A stretch of 64,000 nt of DNA, taken from the NCBI RefSeq assembly GCF_000143415.4, contig NW_003314291.1, positions 1,007,702 through 1,071,701 on the forward strand. Reading direction: 5' to 3'. Origin of the DNA: Selaginella moellendorffii. Its lineage: Eukaryota; Plantae; Lycopodiophyta. Position numbers and translations under genes: made by a program. This document shows, one piece after another, positions 57,779-64,000 of the stretch; position 1 is the first letter of the stretch, and each line of letters opens with the position of its first letter. The notes beneath the pieces are model-generated. The model was not told the origin of the DNA, searched no databases, and saw only the letters and a list, made by a program, of their open reading frames with translations.

Positions 57779-59572
57779 TTACCCATCCAAATTTGCAAAC
57801 ATTTTCTGCAGCCGATCTGTGCAGGAGGTCATTGTCGGTCTAGCCTTAGGCTGCTCCTCCAGGCAGTCATCTCGAAGTTCTTCCAGCTCTTGGGTCAGAG
57901 TCACCTTGGACGTATGGATTAGCCAGCCTAGACCCCACACGTCGACTGCAGTATCGTGAGGGCCCAGAGAAATCTCAGGTGCATGACAGGCACCGGAAAG
58001 TGTCACTGCAGCACATGGAGCTGGAGAAGTGCAGGACTCATCCCAGTCAAAGAGCACCCACTGGTTGGAAGTGAGCTCTAGTCCCACGTTCCTCCAGCTC
58101 ACGTCCCTGTGTATCACACCCCTCTCATGGGCATAACACAGCGCACTGGAGACATGAAGCAAGGCCTTTAACAGCTCGGGAACGGGCCTGGCTTGCTGGT
58201 TCGTATCCAGCCGCGGCGTGAACGTCAAAGTGTACAACCGATCGTCCTCATCAGGATCACCATTCCGTTTCCTCTTGCGGGGACAGGTCCTTGTATGACA
58301 CTTCTCTGCATTTGGGCAGCCCTGTATGCGTGAATACGTGTTCCACACCTTCTTTGCCTTCTCCAGGTCCATATACCCCTTGATGACCGAGTATCCCGAA
58401 AGAACCACGGACTTGCCACCCTTCTCAGAATCCACTTCCTGCACCGTGAACGTATCAGAAATCTCGTTCCTCTTCGAGCATAGATCACAAAGGCCCGCCA
58501 GAACCCTCCCCAAGTTGAAAAGTATCAACTGGGACCGCACCCTGCCAGTCATGCTGCTCAGATCCACCGTGACCAAATCTTCGCACTGCACCTTGCCCCC
58601 ACCATGGTAGAGTGCACCGAATGTCACGTTGGGACCCCTTGCATGGTAGCCAAGCAGATAGGGCACGTCCTTGTACACCCAGACCAGCTTGTTCATGAGC
58701 TCCTTCTTTGGATTCCCTGGCCCCCGAACTACCTTTTCTTCACCCCGGAACAAAGAATAAAGAGCGCCCACATATCCAACGTAGTCAGGAAGTTGAGACA
58801 GTGTCTGCGTCTCGCAGTTTGTGTTCCTGTCGAAAGTGAATGGCACAGAAGTCTGAAGGTACCCCTTGATTGCTTCGTGTATAAGCATGTTCCAAAACGG
58901 AATGTAAGAAAATTCTGTAATGCCTGTAAGAGTATAGAATGGCGTCAGCAACCTGAGGTTGAAGAGAAAGAGGAAACGCACCAACTCCAGGAGGTTTGAT
59001 GACGCTAAGAGCCAGAAGGTTTTCCAGGTCAACGCAATACGAATTTGGGGTGCCCTTGCCGAACATCCCAGCTAAATCATGGGACTTTAGAGTCGCATAC
59101 CTCGCGGGGCTCAGCGGAAAACATAATCCCGCCGGTTTCGATACCAGGAATTCCTTGAGCAATGCAAGATCAGGAACAGCCGGGGTTGCGTATTCGCTGA
59201 GTATGTGGCGTGTGGGATCATCAACGCCTGCCAGAAGACTCAGATCATGCAGCAAAGGAAAGAGGGCATACCTTTCACTCGAGCTTGGACGACGCGGCGG
59301 GAAAGAGCTTCGACTGTCAGAAGAGCGACATCGACCACCGGCTGGAGGGTAGCACTACCCAAAGCTTTCTTGCTGATTCGAACAAGCGATTCCCTCGCCC
59401 ACGGCAGGAGAGATTCAGCCTGGGTAGAGCTCAGAGATTCGACAGCAACTTGGAGTACCCTCTGAGCACCCAGGTACGAGCGAGGATCATCCAGAAACCC
59501 CTCGGCAGCGTCCACCACTCCCACGAGATCGTCAAGCGTACCCATAGCAGCAGAATTTCCTAAAACACCCAT
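57779..59572 (-). CDS. Crinkler (CRN)-like protein: PD-(D/E)xK nuclease-like domain plus protein kinase-like domain, three exons, 563 aa
   Basis: Exons 59572-59272, 59227-58982 and 58923-57779 splice in frame (44- and 58-nt GT-AG introns). Motifs LPDY..FRGEEK..PKKEL..KL.W.Y..VPYLLGY, kinase IHRDVSWRNV, LFDWD, HAPE, DVWGLG, ARPT. RKRKR NLS-like stretch. Confidence 0.8.
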
Positions 59573-61099
59573 AGCAGCAGAATTTCCTAAAACACATGGA
59601 ATAAGGGCCAGTTCCAGTGGATATTCTCTCAGATCAATGGCTGAGATCTGTTCTGGCTAGATTATTCATTCAGGGATTTTAAATTCAAATAAATGTTTAA
59701 TATTTCTATATTTTTCGTATATTGATTTTTAAAAATCTATTTTATTTTAAATAATTTAAAAATAAATAGGCATATTCATTTGAAAAACAGTAATAGTAAT
59801 CTAATATTTAATCAATTACCAAAAATAAGAATAAAAATTAAAAATAATTATATATATATATGAATAAAAAAAAACCTCTAAATATAAAATTTAAGGAATT
59901 CATTAAAAATGATGTCTATAGTAAAAGAGGATGATATTTAAACTTTTTATCTTATTTTCATTTTTAGTATATTTTTAAGGTCATGCATATTTTTTTAAAA
60001 AGTTACACACTAAATAAATAACACATTTATATTAAATGAAAATAATTGGTATTTGAATATACCATTTTGGTTTGCAATTATAGATGGAAGTGTTTTAGAA
60101 TATTCTAAATAAATTATCTTTTAAACCACCAATTTTGGTACAACATTTTCAATAGTAAGCAATAAGTAGCATCCTTGACAATTCAACAAGTTAAGTTAAT
60201 CATCTATTGTGGTACATAATGTAATTAGGAGATAGGTGAGATTGATTTCTTTCACATGTGTTTTAGTGCTTTAGATTGTGATCTCTCAATCCATATTTCT
60301 ATTGTGCTCAAGTGTGGCTTTTATACAAGAGTGATAGAATATTTTAGGATTATAATATTTTAAAAGATTTTTCATCTCATTTATTTAGTTAAACAGTAGA
60401 ATTAGGGAGTTGTTATGATAAGTGAGGATAGTGGGATGATAGAGTTTGTGTGTGGGGATACTAGTATGTTTATGTTATTATGTATGTACTTCCATGCATT
60501 TATGCTTTTGTAGTTTTTTTCTTCCCAGGAGAAAGATTCATAGTCAATTGGATTAGGGGCTCCTAGGAGTTTCCAAACACATCTTAGCATAGTACTTACT
60601 TGCACCCTCGAGATTAGGGACCACATTGTCCTCCTTTCTCCTAACACAACAAGCATCCATGTGTGGGTCCTCCATTACAAATTGTAGAGCTAGCAATGCA
60701 AACAAAGGATGGGGAGTGTTGGAGCATGAGCTCCAACATGGCTCTGTCACCATGCTCACTCACATCTTACTCTCTCTTTCTCTCGAGGTGTTAAAGAAGA
60801 AATAGGGTAGAACCAAATATTCATTCTAGGCAGCAGAATATCCTTAGTATCTTGGAGGCTACTCCCAACAAATGACCACAAGAGGATCAAGTGCCTCTAG
60901 CATGAAAAGAACTAGTGACCTCATATGCACTACCTCGTGATGTGGCCAAAGTAGAAACTTGAAAGAAAACAATGAAAATGACACAAGAAAAAAGTACAAT
61001 AGGAAATAAGCTGGAAGAAATAAAGGAAGAGATATAAACAAGGGAGGTGCAACCACACACTGGGATGAGAGAGAATGATGAAAGAGGTAAAGAAAATAA

Positions 61100-61700
61100 G
61101 AAGAGAAAGAAACTCACAAAGAAACACTCACCACATTAGAAGGTCAGCTAACATTTTGGAGGAGATCATCCTTGCAACAGAAATCTAGAGAAGGCAACCA
61201 TGAGAAGATACACTTCAATAGAAGTTGCCACTAGAAATTTGCCACTTGTCTAGTATCCTCAAACTTCACCCTAAACTTGTGCTATATAACCACTTGACGA
61301 CCACCTTCTACTAATATCTGGTCCTTAAGAAGCACATTGGACCACCTAAGGTGATTGTTAAAATCCCCAATAATCATGAGGGATCTTAAATGCTCCATTA
61401 TGACACATCATCTTTTGAAGTGGGAAGAAAGGAGATGAAATCATATACCCTAATTCCATACCCTCAAAACTTTTATATCACACCATCCCATCATCATATA
61501 TGATTAGTTCTTAACAACTCTTGTCACTAAGAAGCAGCTCTATCCTCAGAGCGTGGTATATCTAATTCCCACTTGAACAAATGCCAAAGCTCCTCAAGTT
61601 CCTACTAAAAGACCCAAGAATCAACTTTTGGTCTTGTCTCAGGGTTGAGCACCACCCAAAGCTGTTGCACATTCATGTTGATCACTTTGTTTGGAACAAG
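61100..61700 (-). mobile_element. Possible decayed LINE endonuclease fragment
   Basis: Minus strand at ~61351-61377 reads MIIGDFNNH (APE-type GDFN motif). Surroundings are degenerate and the bounds are approximate. Confidence 0.35.
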
Positions 61701-61879
61701 AATACTAAAGAAGGGGTCAAGGTTGCCACTAGCAATGGTCCATGATGCAACTTCAACCCAAAGACAACCTTTAGATCTTGGGCCTCCACCCTGGATCATT
61801 CTTCTTAGGTATTTGCCAGTATCACAAGGTTTATACTTTGTCCATACAAGGTTACTACAAATTAATTGAACCAATCCAT

Positions 61880-64000
61880 CCCAAAGATCACATTAAATCC
61901 TATCATGTCTAATATGGTGAAATCCATGTTTACTTTCCATATCCCTATTTCGACTTTTGCTTGTCGAAATACTTCATCGGTGCTTTGGCTACTTTAAAGT
62001 CTTTTGTTCACCCAACCATTATACCGTTATTCTAGCTTGCTAGACTATGTTTGCAGCCATGAAATTATCCAAAGCACCCATATCAATAAAGATCTTAATA
62101 AAGCTACTTTCGAGCTTCCCTCGAAGGGCTAGTAAATGTCGCAAATAACTCTTTACCAAAGTTGCTCGTGTAATGAGTAATTTTGAGTTAAAGACTGGAT
62201 CATGTACCTCAGTTTGGATTTCACCCAACTTAATGGTCATATTAACTTTGGCCTTCTTTGGGTAGGGACATTCCCTCAAAAAGTGTCTTGCTTCACCATA
62301 GTTGAAGTATATATTGTTTCTCACGCTACTAGCAAATTTGACTTTCTTATTAGTGGGTTTATTCCTTTTTACTTAACTCCCTCACGTACTTGCTTGCTAG
62401 CCACTAAATTTGCCTTTCCAAAACTCTAAGGATTTATTTTTAAAAAAATTCATTTTGAATTTCCCTTTGCCATATGTCCCCCTTGGTTTGGCTTTTTTAT
62501 TAAACATGGACCCCAACCTCGTTGTGTTCCCCTTTCGCAAATTATCATTGAAATGCACCTTGATAACAACATCAAATACTTCCTTATAGTTGGTTGAGTT
62601 CCAATGCATCACCTTTCCTCAAACCCAATTCTATAAGCTTGATATGAAGGTATGGAACGCATTCATGTCGCCCATATCTGTGACAAGGATTCTCTTCGCC
62701 ATGAACACATTCACATACTCTTGAATGGTTCCTGTCTATTTTAGCCTACTCAACTTATCCTTTAGGTGCAAAGTAACATTCGAAGGAACATAAGTTGCAT
62801 AAATTCTCACTTTCATCATTTCTCAAGTGGCTACTGATCCTTTAATGACCTTTGTTATTCTCCACCAAGACTTAGCATTATTTGCCAAGTATAGTTTAGC
62901 ATATAAGACCTTTTTCAAGCTCAGTAACCACAACACTTGGAAGTAATCCTCTATATTGTAAAATCAATCTTCCACCACTTTATAGTCATTCACTCCCTTG
63001 AAAACCGGTGGGGGCTTTAGTTTGTACTTGGGAACTACTTGAGGGATTGATTTCACTTTGGTTTATTTGACCTTATTCAGTTTCGCCTCAATCCCTACCA
63101 AAGGGTCCATGCCTTTTGCGTTGCCAGGATCTGCAATCTTTTGTTTTTTTTTCCACTTCTTGTCACGCTTTAGCTTGCATGTGAGGGTCTCCAGTAGGGC
63201 ATTAGTTTGTGCTAATTGTCCTTTTAAAACGCCCAGTTGAGCTTTGGTCACCATCGGACTCCTATTTTGAAGTTTCTTCACTAGAATCTTCTTTATGTAA
63301 AGATTCCTTATCTATAGCTTCTTGTTCAACCGAAGGCTTTAGCTTCGAAGGAGGTTCCATCTTTGTCTTGGTTCTCTTACACCCTGCCTTAGCTATCTCC
63401 TACCAATCCACCTCTATCCTTTGATAGAACTGAAGAAAAGACTTTAATACTAAATTGTAAGCCACAAATATTTCCTTTTCAATTTGCTAGTTTACTTCGT
63501 CTATTCAACCACTATGGCCTTGGCCTTAGTTAAGTTCCCTTGCCAAGGTTCTTTTCTATTGTATCAACTTCTACTTTGTCCTACTTGGTTTCAACAACTT
63601 ACTACACAAGCAACGGAGCATTAACCATCCATCCACGGATTCTCAATTTCTTTCCTAATCCCCCTCCTTGTGTTAGACTGGACTTAAAGTTCAACAACAC
63701 TCCCCATAAGCATAAGCAACTAAGTGCACCAAGCCTCCATGTTCCTAACATCCCTTGGTATAATAAAACTTGATCATAGGACCCTCTAAATCCCAAGCCT
63801 TGGGTGCAACACTTATTTCAAGATACCAAGGGGAAACACTGTGGCCTAACGACATAATATGGGTACCCCTACTTTCCCACTTCCAGCCTAAAGGGAAGGC
63901 CCAAGCCCCTAAAAAGGGGCAAGGACCAATGAGCCGCAAGGTACTTAAGTGAAGCACCATTCTATATGAGCCGAGAGCACCGCAATCGGTTTCCCTTCTA
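61880..64000 (-). mobile_element. Decayed Ty3/gypsy element: LTR (from 63456 upward), PBS remnant, gag, zinc knuckle, protease
   Basis: On minus, LTR end CTTACA is followed by a PBS-like tagtattaaag. Gag KLKPPPVFKG, knuckle YFNYGEARHFLRECP, protease IFIDMGALDNFM. Many stops. Confidence 0.75.

Overview
Eukaryotic land-plant nuclear DNA. Very short introns (44-70 nt), tight gene spacing and PLS-type PPR remnants suggest a compact lycophyte genome such as Selaginella; this is an inference. 1-25.1 kb is gene-dense: malectin/LRR-I receptor kinase (cut by the window edge), COPT copper transporter, secreted DUF26 protein, U-box E3 ligase, three tandem intronless PPSGPS small secreted peptide precursors (IDA/PIP/CTNIP-like), DCP5, importin alpha-9-like, an MGCxxS orphan, eIF1, RopGAP and a divergent acyl-CoA-binding-domain gene. 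25.1-50.7 kb is a rearranged zone of AT-rich ~600-bp repeat arrays. It holds two copies of a chimeric cassette (RNase H fragment, OEX2-like 5'-3' exonuclease, PPR remnant, orphan gene, ACBP remnant), an inverted CRIB-only RopGAP copy, receptor-kinase remnants, a tandem retropepsin ORF and an LTR-type insertion with a target-site duplication (TSD). 50.7-64 kb is mostly decayed retroelements around one intact three-exon Crinkler-like PD-(D/E)xK nuclease-kinase gene. Two Cassandra-like TRIMs with 5S-rRNA-derived LTR segments lie at 27.6 and 53.2 kb. Top leads: (1) the peptide cluster, two members of which combine an IDA-like core with a CTNIP-like Cys pair, inside a W-box-rich putative immune neighbourhood; (2) the intact CRN-like gene; (3) the Cassandra-like TRIMs. 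All family assignments come from motif recognition by eye; no database searches were run.
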